Assembly: GCA_002104905.1 (NCBI GenBank)
Contig: MCFE01000202.1
Span: 62,001 to 126,000, forward strand
Direction: 5' to 3'
DNA: 64,000 nt
DNA from: Basidiobolus meristosporus CBS 931.73
Taxonomy: Eukaryota; Fungi; Basidiobolomycota
Of the stretch, positions 25,384 through 38,092 are shown piece by piece. Every line of letters starts with the position of its first letter. Positions within the stretch are counted from its first letter, which is position 1. Position numbers and translations under genes: made by a program. The notes below the pieces were generated by a model that saw only the letters and a list, made by a program, of their open reading frames with translations, had not been told where the DNA came from and searched no databases.

Positions 25384-27126
25384 TCAAGAAGCCAACCGAA
25401 CATCGTCACTTACCTCGGGATGCCCGTGTCGGAAGTGATACGCCAGCCCGTTGGGGTTCATATAACTCTTGTCACAGCCCTCGACCGAGCAGATAAATGG
25501 CTTCTCCATCTCCTCCTCCTCAGGCCCATGCGCGTGCGTCTGATGGTACTGCAGCCCATTGGGGTTCCGGTAGCTTTTGTCGCAACCCTCGTGTGGGCAT
25601 TTGTACGGCTTTTCGATTTGATCCAGACCGCCGTGCATGCCTGAGTTGCCATGGCCGGATGTGTTTTTCGCGTGCTTGATGTGATAGGTCAGCCCGTTGA
25701 TGTTCTTGTATTTCTTGTTGCAGCCGAGGAGCCCACATCTATACGGTCGGAGGGCTGGGTCTATCCGGGGGTGAGACACCTTCATATGGTAAAAAAGTCC
25801 GCTCGAATCCAGGAAGCTAGCGAGGCAATTGTCGACCCCGCAGCCATACGCCTTCCCCTCGTGCTCTCCGAACTGGAACTCTGTCGGAAGCAACGAGTCC
25901 GAGTGGGAGATGGCAACGAAGTCGGCAGTGACCATGGACTGCGAGGTGTTGAGGATATCTTGAGTTAGCTTGCTTTCAACGGGTGCCATCAGCGCCTGCG
26001 TCAATTTCTCCTTTTCCCGGCTCTTCTGATTCATGCTTCTTTGTATCTTTCTCCACCGGTTGCGACAATGCAGACCTGGGCGTCCGGGGAAGAACTGCGA
26101 GATTTTCTGCCACTGGCTTCCCAGCTCTTCGTACTTCTCCAGCAACAGCCCGTCCTCTTCTGGTGACCATTCCGCTCGGTCGATCGCCGGATCCAAACTT
26201 TCCCTCCAGCGCTTGGCACATTGATCATCTGTACGTCCCGGGATCGCCTCGGCGATCTTACTCCATTGCCCTTGGTAGCGCTCAACCCCTTGGCGAAGCA
26301 ATTCGTCCTCCTCGGGCGTCCAAGCACCTTTGCGTAGACTGGGGTCTAGTGAATGGAACCATCTTTTTCGGCAGTTCTTGTTGGTCCGACCTGGCACACA
26401 TGCAGCGATTTTCGCCCATTTCTCGGTCTTATCGCCATACAGTTGAACCGCTAACCTAAGCAGGTTATCTTCCTCCGGGGTCCAAGCACACCGTTGTCTG
26501 TCCTTCCTTTTGCAAGGAATGGTCGACGTGATCATCAGGGAAGCTTCGGATTGTGAGTGGATGGAGGAGAGGGAGCTGCCCGTAGACGGCAGGCTGACGA
26601 GGCCAGCAAGCGTCTGAAGGTTTGTGTCCAGATTAGCTAATATCGAAGGATTCATGGTTGAAAAGTCATCCGGGTGCAGCTAGCAATAGGCCCGTTATTT
26701 AGTGAGCTAGTATCTCTGAAGGCAAGTGGGGGTCGCAACTTACAGATATCTCATCAACCTCATCTTTAATATGTGAATGCAACACACCTTGAGCAACCTC
26801 ATCATGTTGCAGGTGAGATAGCTCTGAGTGCTCTGAGGTGTCGGGAGAGTGGCTCAAGACGTGGTGTTGAACAGCGATCCCTTGCTCGTCATAAGCCGAG
26901 ATGATATGTTGCTCCGAAGCCTCCCGTTCAAGAGCCAAAGCCTCTTGTTCGTAAGCAGCCGCCAGCTCAGCACTGCTCGGAGAGTCTTCCGGATGATACT
27001 TCAGTAGACAAAGGAAGCGGTTAATGGCAGTGCAGAAGGGGGAAAATCAGGTTCCTGGGTTGGTCTGGAATTGTGGACATGTAGATAGCGTGGGGATATT
27101 TTGGTTTATTTCTATAGACTTACCAT
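25384..27126 (-). CDS. Three-repeat Myb + C2H2 zinc-finger transcription factor (3 exons)
   Basis: Three W-spaced Myb repeats (WTPEED..W..IA..PGRT..C.KRW), then four C2H2-type fingers with GLxYH. ATG-only first exon (27124-27126) followed by GTAAGT; both introns are phase 0. Confidence 0.85.
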
Positions 27127-27563
27127 AAGCTGCAGCTTTTGTGGTTTAAACTCGTCGAGAAACTTTTGGTTCAGTGAGCACGGAGCAGAGACGAGTCAAA
27201 AAGTTTTCTTCGCTCTTCAATCTGCCAGCTAGTTTGAAAAAAAATAGGCTCTCATTGTGAGCCAATCAATGCTGCGGATGACGAATGTGTCACTGTATTC
27301 TGGAATATATATACTCCGCCATGTATCGTGTTTGATCCTTTGTTGGTGTTATCAACTGTAACCCAGACATGTGGTTTATTATTGTTGTGACTACCTTTCC
27401 ATATGCGTAGGATGACTCTATAGAAAAGGTATAAGCATCTATAATATGTGGTAGGAAGCCCATCAACCACCATCTAGCCACACTTGAAGCCCATCAACCA
27501 TCATCTAGCCATACTTGTCTAGTCCAGTGTTGACGGTTTCGCCCTGCATATTCTCCAGCCTGT

Positions 27564-28145
27564 CTAGTAACCACTCTTTCCTCCGTGCCAAGCTTTGGCT
27601 GCAGACAATCCCCATCCATAACCGTTAGCATATCCATATTTCTTCCCTGCTCTATGGCCATTATTAAACCCACGCTTCCTACCCCTGGTCTCGCCGTCGC
27701 TCTGACCCTCCGAAAACCCTTCCCAGTACCCATCGTCCACGCCACTCTGAACACCATCAGCCTTTCCATTTTGCTGCCCTTCGCGTTGCCCTTCAACCGA
27801 GCCCTTGGCGAACCCCTTCCAATATCCCTTGTCTCTGCCATCCTCGTAGCCTTCCTTATAGGCGGCTCTCCTGCCTTCTTCGAAGCCACGCTCGTAGTCC
27901 CCGCTCTCATAGCTATGGTCATGGTCTCCCTGATCGCCCTCGTCCTCGCCTTCACTCTCACCACCGTCATCGTCATCGTCATCCCCATATCCATAGCTGT
28001 AAACATCTCGGCCGCCGTTCCATGCTCGTTTTGAAACACCAAAGCCTCTTTTCTGGAGATTCACCCCGGAATGGTCTTCTGTGGCTAAGACTGAGGATGC
28101 TATATATAGACAAAGGAGAGAGCCAATGGTGAGTCGGAGCATCAT
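27564..28145 (-). CDS. Secreted protein with Kex2-type KR sites and a long G-x-x-x repeat
   Basis: ATG at 28145; signal peptide MMLRLTIGSLLCLYIASSVLA; LQKR and SKR sites; acidic patch; Gly at every fourth residue over about 90 aa. Confidence 0.75.
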   Translation of the reverse strand: MMLRLTIGSLLCLYIASSVLATEDHSGVNLQKRGFGVSKRAWNGGRDVYSYGYGDDDDDDGGESEGEDEGDQGDHDHSYESGDYERGFEEGRRAAYKEGYEDGRDKGYWKGFAKGSVEGQREGQQNGKADGVQSGVDDGYWEGFSEGQSDGETRGRKRGFNNGHRAGKKYGYANGYGWGLSAAKAWHGGKSGY

Positions 28146-28719
28146 TTGAAAACGTCGGTGATTGGATAGTATTGGGAAGAAGTCCAAATGGATTTAGCAG
28201 CCAAAGGGCTCCTTATATCAGTTCAGATGTTTGACATTGGGCACGGAGAACGCGGACCGGTTACAACGAGTCTCTTGAAACGATGTCAAGCCAAACCGCC
28301 TCCAAATTAGGTTTCAGCGCATGGTTCCGGTCGAAACACGGGCGAGTGTAAGAAACCGCACTTCTCAATTATCCTGTTCCAGAATCCCCATGAGCTTTCC
28401 GATCATTTTGGCATGGGTTGTGTGGGATGTAGAGAAATCATGGTTGACGTCAGGGTTTATCAACCTCATTGCCAGTATTGGTATCCGTATTAGGGGAACG
28501 CTGGTGCGAGCATTGAAAGGCGAGCTCCTGGAGAAGAACTGACCTGGAAGCCGCCGGCAAGAATATCTTACCACTTGGATACCCATAGTGTATGCACCAC
28601 AGACTTGCGGCCTTTACAATATACGACGTACATTTCAATAGCACTTTCTAGGGGTCAACCAAACCTTCCGCTCTAAGATTACCAAGGAGCCCGTTTCATA
28701 CAAGAAAAGGAAATATTAA

Positions 28720-29163
28720 ATGGCTACGGAGACGTCCTGGACTTCGCTATTCATCTTGGTACGTAGCAGCCCTCATTCTTCCCCTGGCGGTTGGTCACAG
28801 AACCTCACTTTTCCCCATTTGTAGTCTGCTCTAGTCACCGTGCTCGTCTCGGTTGGAATATACATATGTTATAGGCGCAGCAGTCGTCTGGTCCCAACCG
28901 GAGCCTATCAACTACGCCGAGTCAACTCCGGTAACCAACTAGAACAGGAAGATTTTCAACACCTGCTGTCGGAAGTAATGATAGATGAAGGAGCTGAGCC
29001 AACAGAATCTTTCAGCAGAGATGTTGAGCCCTTCGCTGATTCTGATGAGGACCGAGATATCATCTCACCTCAACCACCCGTGGAGGACTTTGACAACGAC
29101 GCTACCTCAGGCATCTTCGCCATCGACGACGAGTTTGAGGAGTCCAACGTTAGCCATCAATAA
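28720..29163 (+). CDS. Small N-terminally anchored membrane protein with acidic tail (2 exons)
   Basis: MATETSWTSLFIL|SALVTVLVSVGIYICYRR across a GTACGT..TAG intron; acidic C-terminus. Confidence 0.65.
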
Positions 29164-29462
29164 AGTGGAGAGGTTGCTATATCCATACGAAGGGCATTTG
29201 ATTGCTTCTTGTGTTAATTACTGAGAAAGCGAATTCCAACCTTACACCACTTCTCCCCACCAAGCACCAATTTCCCGCCTATTACTCATCATGGAGATAC
29301 TTCTGAAATGCAATTGGATCTTCCAACTGCAGCAACGATTTATTTAAAATTAAAAACAGAAAAGATTGCATTCATTCGATGAAATTGGGCGGCTTCATTA
29401 CGCACGATGGTGTGGGTAGAAGTGAGTATATATACAGAAACAAGGCAGCACTATCCTTTGGA

Positions 29463-29783
<321 letters not shown>

Positions 29784-30177
29784 CTACTGTTGGGGAAGAG
29801 AGGGGAAGGAATAAATTGGGATCAAAAGAGAAGAGAGGTTTATCGCTCACTTGGGGCAAATCAGGGACTTATATATGGGTCGATCACGCGAGATCGTGCA
29901 GTGGATAGAACCGGTTACTTCTAATCACAGTCATTAAGCTCCCCAATCTCGAATTCAAAAATAGGGATGAGTCTTGTGTTGCATGGGATCCCTTGCGCAA
30001 ACGCGTGTCGCCCATCGATCCTGATCCGGTTGGTGATTCTTTGTTTAAACGAGTTGTGCCAATTTGATTTAGTGACCATGAGGTTCTTTATTTACAGATT
30101 CAACAATGGTGGGATGGCTGGGATGGCTGGGATTGCGGTTGGGAATGAGTTGCTGCGATGGAATAAATAACCAGTAT

Positions 30178-31595
30178 TTAGGCGGATGCCATGATGGCCT
30201 CAATTTCCGCAATTTCCTTGGGTGCGGTGGTAAGATTCTCAATGGAGTCCTCCTTGATCACTACATTGTCTTCGATACGGACACCACCGACCTTGCGGAA
30301 CCTGTCGAGGGTGGGGATGTCAAAGAATTTGGCGGTCTTGGGGTCCTTCAGAAAAGGCTCGATGATGGCATCACAGAAGTAGATTCCAGGCTCCACGGTA
30401 ACAACCATGCCTGGCTTCAACTCACGGCGCATGCGCAAATAGCGGATACCGGGCTCGTTGATTCTTTCTACTCCCTTGGGATAGCCACCAACATCATGGG
30501 TGTCGATGCCAATGGAGTGGCCGAGCCCGTGGGGATAGAATGCTGCTGGAACATAATGGGCAATCAATTCCTCAACGTCACCCTTGAGAATGCCGCACTT
30601 GATAAGGCCCTCGCAGGCAATGCGGCTAGCAAGACGGTGCATATCTTCCCACTGGACACCGGGCTTCAAGGCAGCCAGCACTTGCTTTTGCATATCCAAG
30701 ACAATGCTGTAGATGGTCTTGGCATCATCAGTGTACTTACCACCAACGGGGAAGGTACGGGTGATGTCTGAGGCATATCTGTGGTACTCGCCTCCAGCAT
30801 CTACCAAAAACAATTGATTGCCATCAGGCATGTCGCAGTTGTTACGACCATAGTGCAAAGTGGCCGCGTTCTTGCTATATGCCATGATGGGGAGGTAGGA
30901 TTGGCGCATCGAGCCACGACGATTGCACTCGTACTCGAACAACGCTTGAAGCTCACGCTCATTCATACCAGGCTTGATGCTCTTCATGAGACTCACATGA
31001 GCCTCGCTGGAGATCTTGCTAGAAATTCTCATGATTTCGAGCTCAAATTCCGATTTGAACATGCGTGCCTCCTGGAGTGCCTCAAGGAGCTTGCTGTCGT
31101 CGGCGCCACTTTGATATTCGCCCAACAGCGAAGTATCAGTGTTGGCCAAGACGTGCACGCACTTTGGTGAGAGCTCTTTCACGGTGGCGGTCAAGGTGTC
31201 AGCATATCTGACCTCGTCGACGTCATATCTCTCCTTGAGCTCCTCATTGGTTTCAGGCATACCGATCCACACGATATCGTCTTCGGGGATTCGTGGGGCG
31301 AAAAGTATGGCCTTGTCGTTGCCGATGTCATAGAGGAACTCGTATCCTGGCTGTTCAACACCGGTCATATAGAAGAAATAGGGGTCCTGATCGAAAGGCA
31401 TTTCCTGTTGGAAGGTGGTTAGCACTATTTCAAAAACCTGGGTGCGCTTGTGCAAATACTCACAGTGTCACTGTCGAACTTGACGGTGTTGACGTGCCCC
31501 TTCAAGTAGATGACGCCAGAGTCGACACCAAGGTTTTTGGCAACCTTGCGGTTGTTGATTTTAGAGTTATAACGGAATTGCTTAGCGTCGACCAT
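30178..31595 (-). CDS. PEPD: Xaa-Pro dipeptidase (prolidase, M24B), 2 exons
   Basis: LHY, VDAG, YASDITRT, HGLGHSIGIDTHDVGG, TVEPGIYF and GVRIED pita-bread metal ligands; start MVDAKQFRY at 31595 with TATAAATA about 55 bp upstream; one intron after DSDT. Confidence 0.92.
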
Positions 31596-32268
31596 ATCAA
31601 CCAAAGAAGCGGGAAGGATGTTGGTAAACCTCGGGCTGACCACGTCGTATTTATAACGCCATGCATTTGAAAGAGAATGCTGATGATATCACTAGCCTTC
31701 ACGATCCCACATGATATTGTCTGCAGATGATTGGGCTGAAAATACGAGATTCCGATTGTTTGATATCCTGATCAGCCATTTTAATGGGTGGGATTCTTCA
31801 AGTTCCCTTACACAAAGAGAGTTCCCATTCCCACCTCCATTCATTGCAGGTGGCTAATTCGAAACGGTTTTTCGGATTAGACCAAGTGCCGCAAGTGTCA
31901 GTAATATTTCCATACCTGGCGCCAGCTTTCTGAGTGAGGGTTTAGTCACAAGACTCGCTCTGATTATGTATTAATTAGATGCTATCTTCCCTAGACTTGT
32001 GTCATAATTCTGATTAGGATTTGATTGAATTCCAACCAAGCTTCTTTTCCCAAGACCACGGCCATTCGACCTGTCAATTGTCGGTTGCTTGCGCCCAAGA
32101 CTTTCGATAATACGGTATTTGGCTTGTTGCGTATAATTGGGGTAGTCATCTCGATGTTGCATAAATAAACAAATTTATTCAAAGGCCCGATTAACAAAAT
32201 GGTTTAGATTCCGATTAAGCTGATCTATTTAATCAAGGTACGGCTAAAAGTACAAGGGGGTATTGAAT

Positions 32269-33138
32269 TCAACGGCGGTTACCAATTTTTGAGCGCCATG
32301 TTCGAGCTCGTTCAAAGCCATTGATTCCCAACTGATAGTCAACAAATGTTCGTTGAATGTCACTAGAGTGATTCATAACGAATGGCCCATATTGGACAAT
32401 AGGCTCCTTGATGGGTTCACCTGCGACTAGTACGAAATGGACCGAGCTTTGCTTAGTTTCTATGCTGATAGCTCCTCCTTTCTCACTGAGGGTCAACGTG
32501 TGGTGGGCTTTCCCAAGAGTGTTCTTTGCCCCGAAGTAACCCTCTCCCTCCAATACATATAGGAAGCCTTGGTAACTTTCCGGAATAGTTTGTTCGAGTT
32601 TCGAGTTCTTCTCAACCTTGAAGTCCAGGTACATGGTTGGAGTTTTGGTGACCACCGGACTATTGATCCCAAATGAATGGCCGGCAATGACCTTGATCAC
32701 TGCATTGACACCTGGTGGTGACACTTTGGGGATATCCTTATCTAGCAATTCCTGGTATCTAGGCTCGCACATTTTATCGGCTGCGCTAAGGTTGACCCAG
32801 AGCTGGAGACCGCGACACTTGGTTTGTGGCATTTCAGCATGGACAATACCACGCCCAGCAGTCATCCACTGAAGATCGCCGGGGCCTATTTTCCCTTGGT
32901 GACCCGCGAAATCTTCATGTGCTACTATTCCCTCAAGCATGTAGGTGACGGTCTCGAAGCCTCGATGTGGATGATCCGGAAATCCAGCTGGAGGCTCGAC
33001 CATGAATTCATCCAGCATCAGGAAAGGATCGAAGTTCTTGAGCTCACTTGTTCCTATACTCCTTCTTACTGTAGCTCCATCCCCTTCTGACTGTGCGATT
33101 GCCTTGACTTTTCTTGTAATGTATCTTTGGACGGTCAT
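32269..33138 (-). CDS. PIR: Pirin (bicupin, Fe-binding)
   Basis: DPFLMLD, FPDHPHRGFETVTY, GDLQWMTAGRGIVHAE, LQLWVNL, QYGPFVMN; first ATG at 33138. Confidence 0.95.
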   Translation of the reverse strand: MTVQRYITRKVKAIAQSEGDGATVRRSIGTSELKNFDPFLMLDEFMVEPPAGFPDHPHRGFETVTYMLEGIVAHEDFAGHQGKIGPGDLQWMTAGRGIVHAEMPQTKCRGLQLWVNLSAADKMCEPRYQELLDKDIPKVSPPGVNAVIKVIAGHSFGINSPVVTKTPTMYLDFKVEKNSKLEQTIPESYQGFLYVLEGEGYFGAKNTLGKAHHTLTLSEKGGAISIETKQSSVHFVLVAGEPIKEPIVQYGPFVMNHSSDIQRTFVDYQLGINGFERARTWRSKIGNRR

Positions 33139-33578
33139 AAGAAAGTTGTTCAAATTGAAATTGTAATTGATGATGATAGCTTTCCAACCTCTCTAATTTA
33201 TAGTTGGGGCTCCCGGAAGTATTATCCATATATGGATCTATTTTCCCTTGCCCTATGCAACCCGATTTGATATCAAGGAATTTATCCGTAGCGCTGCTTA
33301 TTCCACGATCTAGTCACTACAAATTATCTTCTAACTGCCTGACCATATCAATAGTTTACATCTACCAACCTTGGTGAGCAAAATGTATGGTTAGTTAGTG
33401 AGCAATGTTCGACAGAATATCTTGGTTGATGGGATATTATCGCTGATTCACGTGGATTTTGATTACTGATGCTACACAGCAGTATTGTAAAGGTCCGGAA
33501 TGGGAAATTACATTAGTGATATATCGGAAATATTTTGCTGGGGAGATTACCAATCAGTCGTTCAAGGAAATATCAAAA

Positions 33579-33660
33579 TGATGAGAGTGGGGTTCGAACC
33601 CACGCCTCCGAAGAGACTGCGACCTGAACGCAGCGCCTTAGACCACTCGGCCATCTCACC
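33579..33660 (-). tRNA. tRNA-Leu(CAG)
   Basis: 82-nt cloverleaf GGTGAGA..TCTCATC-A, anticodon arm CTGCG-TTCAGGT-CGCAG, long variable arm, GTTCGA T-loop, TTTT downstream. Confidence 0.97.
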
Positions 33661-33668
33661 TTGTATAT

Positions 33669-34866
33669 TGTTACAATAGTCTGAAACCCGACGAGAACAT
33701 ACAGATGATCACGACATATATAGTTATGTCACTGTGTAATGATGCTTGAATATATGCTCACTGTTGGGCAAACTTGAAACATAGTATATGCAAGCAATCG
33801 TGAATTGTGTTATAAGCAGATCCAGCGCTAAGAATAAAAGACAGACCTTGTTACACCAGAAAAGTGGGAGAACCGGACCTGAATATCATAACATTTGGTA
33901 GCAGCAATGTATTTGAACATCCTCTGAAAAAAAGAAGAGAAGATGAGTACTAGTAAAAGTACTAAAGGTGGTAGCCCTGGTGAAGATTAAAATGCATTGC
34001 AAAGGGAGTAATTACAAGAATTCAAGAAAGAGAACCAGTGGCCAAAGGTGCAATATAGTGCACAAGAAGATTTGCCTACAAAAGAAGATATTTCGAAGGC
34101 TTATGGGAGTCTGGGATCTAATCAGGCAAAGCTGACAAAGCCTGAAACTTATGAAGGAAAATCAAATGTGGACTCATGGACATTTCAAGTTGGAAAGTAT
34201 ATGAAGTTCACAAATGTTAACAAGTCTCAGAAAGTTGAATATGCTTCAAGTCTGCTCCAAGGAAAAGCATTATTGTGGTGGAGATCTCATTTAAGAAGGT
34301 CTAAGGAAGGTCATGAAGATGAAATTGAGATGTGGAAGGAATTCAAACAAGAATTAGTAACAGAGTTTAAACCAATAACAGCAACAAAGCAAGCCAGAGA
34401 TAAACTTGCTAAGTTAGTCCAAAAATAAAGAGATAGTAGTTATACTAACCACTTCAAGAACCTGCTGTTGGCTATTGACAGTATCTCCAAGGATAAGATA
34501 CTTGATTGTTATGTTTGTGTTTAAAAAATCAATAAGAAAAGAAGCAGAGTTGTGTGAGCCACAAATGCTTAGAGAAGCACATATGGTGGCAGAAAGATAT
34601 GACCAGTTTATGTTTGGCAATATCCCGGCTGATAGAAAAGAAGTACAAGAATTTGCTAAAACATTGGACCAAAATAAGAAAAAAACCAAAGAATATTCCG
34701 TGAAACACAACATATGTTATAATTGCAAAAAAGAAGGCCATCATTTTTATGAATGTTTCAAGTGCAAGAAGGATAAACTGTTCCAAGAGGAAGTCAAAGA
34801 TTCTGAAGAAATGTTGAATACAATGGAAGATCCATATATCTTACATAAGGTAGAAAGAGTTTAATT
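33669..34866 (+). mobile_element. Truncated Ty3/gypsy element (5' LTR, PBS, gag)
   Basis: 225-bp TGTTAC...ATAACA LTR (33669-33893) containing AATAAA; PBS TGGTAGCAG two nt downstream; Retrotrans_gag-like KPETYEG..W..ASSLLQGKALLWW and CYNCKKEGHHFYEC knuckle. Cut off by the copia insertion; pol not found. Confidence 0.8.
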
Positions 34867-36250
34867 TGTTGTAAGAATCTTGGAGATATTGGAAGTTATT
34901 GGGAGAACAAGTAGATTATGTGGTTTTCACTTAATGATTCATTGAATGTAAAAGTAGTCTTTATAATTTTACATGATCTTGGCATCACAAACATGTAGAA
35001 TAGATTAAGCAAGGTCCTAAGAACATGTGTGCAAAGTTTGGGGTGTTTGGACATCTTTGAGAATTTTCATGTTCTGGATACCTGGTATTTTGGTGAAAAT
35101 AATTCAAGTAAATCCCAACAAGGAATTTGGTCAGTATTCTCTAGGACTTGAAGGTAATGATCTAAGTGACTAAGTTTGGTAAATATTTAGGTGGAATTAC
35201 AAATTTTTACAACACTCCCACTTGGCTAAATGTTCATACTGACTAGCCCTAACTTTGACCTAAGATATTCAAACTTGCATATAGCTATAGTTGTAATATG
35301 TCATCATTCATCGAGACAGTGATACTGATAGTACTCTTAGTCAGTGATGGCTAATATGTGCTTGGTTCTGGCATGAAAAGTTGGATTTCTACCTAATTGT
35401 ATACATCCTTGATTATCTTGAAATAAAGTAATAGGTGTTTTGTGACATAGGCCGAAATCTGTAAAAAGCTTTCTTAACCACATTGCTTTTTTTGTAGCTT
35501 CACTGGCTGCCGTATACTCTGCCTCTGTGGTGGAAAGTGCTACAGTTGGTTGCTTTCTTTAGTTCCATGAAATTGCTCCTTGACAGTAAAGAAAGGTATA
35601 TCCAGTGGTGGATCTTCTGTCTTCCAAATTCTGTCCCCAATCAGCATCAGAGTATCCCACAAGATCCTGTTCTGAATCCTTACAAGTGTATCTTAAGCAG
35701 ATATCAGCAGTTCCTTTTAGGCATCCAACAATCTGCTTAACTGCTGCAATATGATCAAATCCATAGTTCTGATTATGCTGGCTGAAAACTCCCACTGAAT
35801 ATGGGATATCTGGACATGTTCCAAGCATGTTATACATCAGACTGCCAATCATAGACAGATAAGGAAAGTCAGGGCTTTCAGATGGCACTAAGCTCACTTG
35901 ATTTGGTTGAGTTTTGACTGTTATCAGAGTCTTAGAGATATTGGAAGTAATTGGGAGGACAAGTAGATTATGTGGTTTTCACTTAATGATTTATTGAATG
36001 TAAAAGTTGTATTTATACTTTTACATGGTCTTGCCATTACAAACACGTAGAATAGGTTAGGGAAGGTCCCAAGAACATGTGTGCAAAGTTTGGGGCTATT
36101 TGGACAACTTATCTAATATTCATGTTCTGGGTAGATATTCCAAGTAAATCCCAACAAGGAATTTGGTCAGTATTCCTTAGGATTGGAAGGTTATGATCTA
36201 AGTGACTAAGTTAGGTGAATATTTAGGTGGAATTACAAACTTTTACAACA
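34867..36250 (-). mobile_element. Internally deleted copia element (LTR - partial RT/RNase H - PPT - LTR), same family as 1111-5196
   Basis: LTRs 34867-35214 and 35919-36250 match 4851-5196; PPT AAGTGGGAG abuts 35214; ORF 35559-35897 has YLSMIGSLMY and YSDADWGQNLEDRRSTTG. Confidence 0.9.
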
Positions 36251-37751
36251 ATAACAATATTAACATGGTCAGTATTTTGCCAGCATTCACTTGAAGTCTA
36301 AATATGAATGTTCTCAGTATTGATAAATAGGTATGACAACTTTAACAAAGGGTGTTTTTTATTGCAGTGCCCAGTTGATATATATTTGGGTGTGGATACC
36401 TCCCTTCACTATAAAGCATTAGAGCAAGATTCCCCCATAGATATTTAATTCTGATTGATATGCAAGAAAGATGTGAAAATGCAATACATGGAAATCCAAT
36501 TTGGATGGCTTTGTAATTGATTGCACTCATATTTGCTCCCAATATTCCTGATTATCAATGGGCACATAGTAAATTATGTGTATGGGCAGTAATACTGACA
36601 GTCAATGTGCACAGGGCAGTTTCTTGTAACCATGGACTCAAAATATCAGAGTTCTTGTTTGAGCAAAACTTGGATTCAGGGTATTTTTCCTACCACTTGA
36701 TGGAATGCTTCTGTCAGGGATAGTGATGCATCTAATGGTTTATACGCAACCAATTTATATTTATCTGTGGGTCAGAAATTAACTTTGGAGGTTGTGCGCA
36801 AAGTTTGAAGCTTTTCCTTTCTTTTCCATGACTTGTACCGCACACTCCAACAGTTTGTTTTCGAAGGCCTTACCCAAACAATCAATGCAGCACCTCTCAG
36901 TAGACCTACAGTTAAACGTTGAGCAAAGTGGTGTATCATATTTTACAAATGCTAGACAAGAAGCAAATATCGCAAACCAATTTCGTCCCTAGCGCATCAA
37001 ATTTCAGTCAACGGAATCTTTTCAAATCCAAGGTCAGACCGAAAACGCGTCTAGAGGATCATGTGACAGCCAGTTCGTATAGCCTGTTGAAACCCCAACT
37101 ACACCAATATAAGCTACTGGATATTTGCTAAAACCTAAATTTCACTGGAAATGGCGCACTGTGGCACATCATCTGGATTTGGCTAAATCGTTGAGCAAGT
37201 CGGAATCCGCGAAAATACACGTGCATTAGAGAGCATCTCCCACCACCCAATGAGAGGATCAGTAGCTGGGGCATGGACAACCGAGTGGATGGTATCCAAA
37301 CTGATGTTGATGAAAGTGGGCTACATTAACTAATAAACCTACACGTGTGCACTGCTCCGAATTCCAATGGCCAGGCGAATGTGATGTTTTGTAGGATACA
37401 GGCCATAAACCAGAACACACTGTGGCTCACTCGGAAACCATCGATAAAGTAACATGAATTCAATCAGTCTAGTTTTGTGAGAGTACCGTCCAATGCCCCT
37501 AGTTGTCATTATTGGCGAGTGGTATCCTCACAGCAGACATTACACAAGTATTTTCCACATTCTTTGGTCCAAAAAAGATTCACACAGTCGGTTACAAGTA
37601 CACATTTGCCTTTGGAGGGGTGTGGATTGCTGAATATAAATGTATCTCCCGCCCCTCCCCGGAACGCCAACAATCTATTATGTAAGTATATATAAAGCAT
37701 TTCCAGTTGTTGTTAACCCTCAATAACTTGTTCACTTATCCAGTTCGACTC

Positions 37752-38092
37752 ATGATGCACCCATTAATACTGATCGTGTTAGTCATTATCTTTGTGGGTA
37801 TTCTGGGGAAACTATTCGCTTGTATCCGGACCCGGTCTCGCACTGAAGGTAAGTTTCTTGTGGCAGTGTTTTGGCATGCGGTAACTAATATCCTTCCAAA
37901 GATGAGGAAGAGACAATCCCGTACAGTCGGCCACCTGTTTCGCTAGCAAGGAGGAATCCAGAGATGGCCACCTCGCCACCCCCATACGCAGAGGCCATCA
38001 CCATTCCACCGACTGCCTATTTTACCCCCACTAATGACTCGCCCTACGGCCATTCCCATCCTCAAAGCCAGGCTGATCCTGATTCACACTAA
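37752..38092 (+). CDS. Small signal-anchored protein with PPxY motif (2 exons)
   Basis: MMHPLILIVLVIIFVGILGKLFAC, phase-1 GTAAGT..AG intron, tail with SPPPYAEA. Confidence 0.7.

Noticed and set aside
33579-33660. Possible CUG codon reassignment via tRNA(CAG)
   Set aside because: A73 discriminator, U33 and a Leu-type variable arm indicate an ordinary tRNA-Leu.
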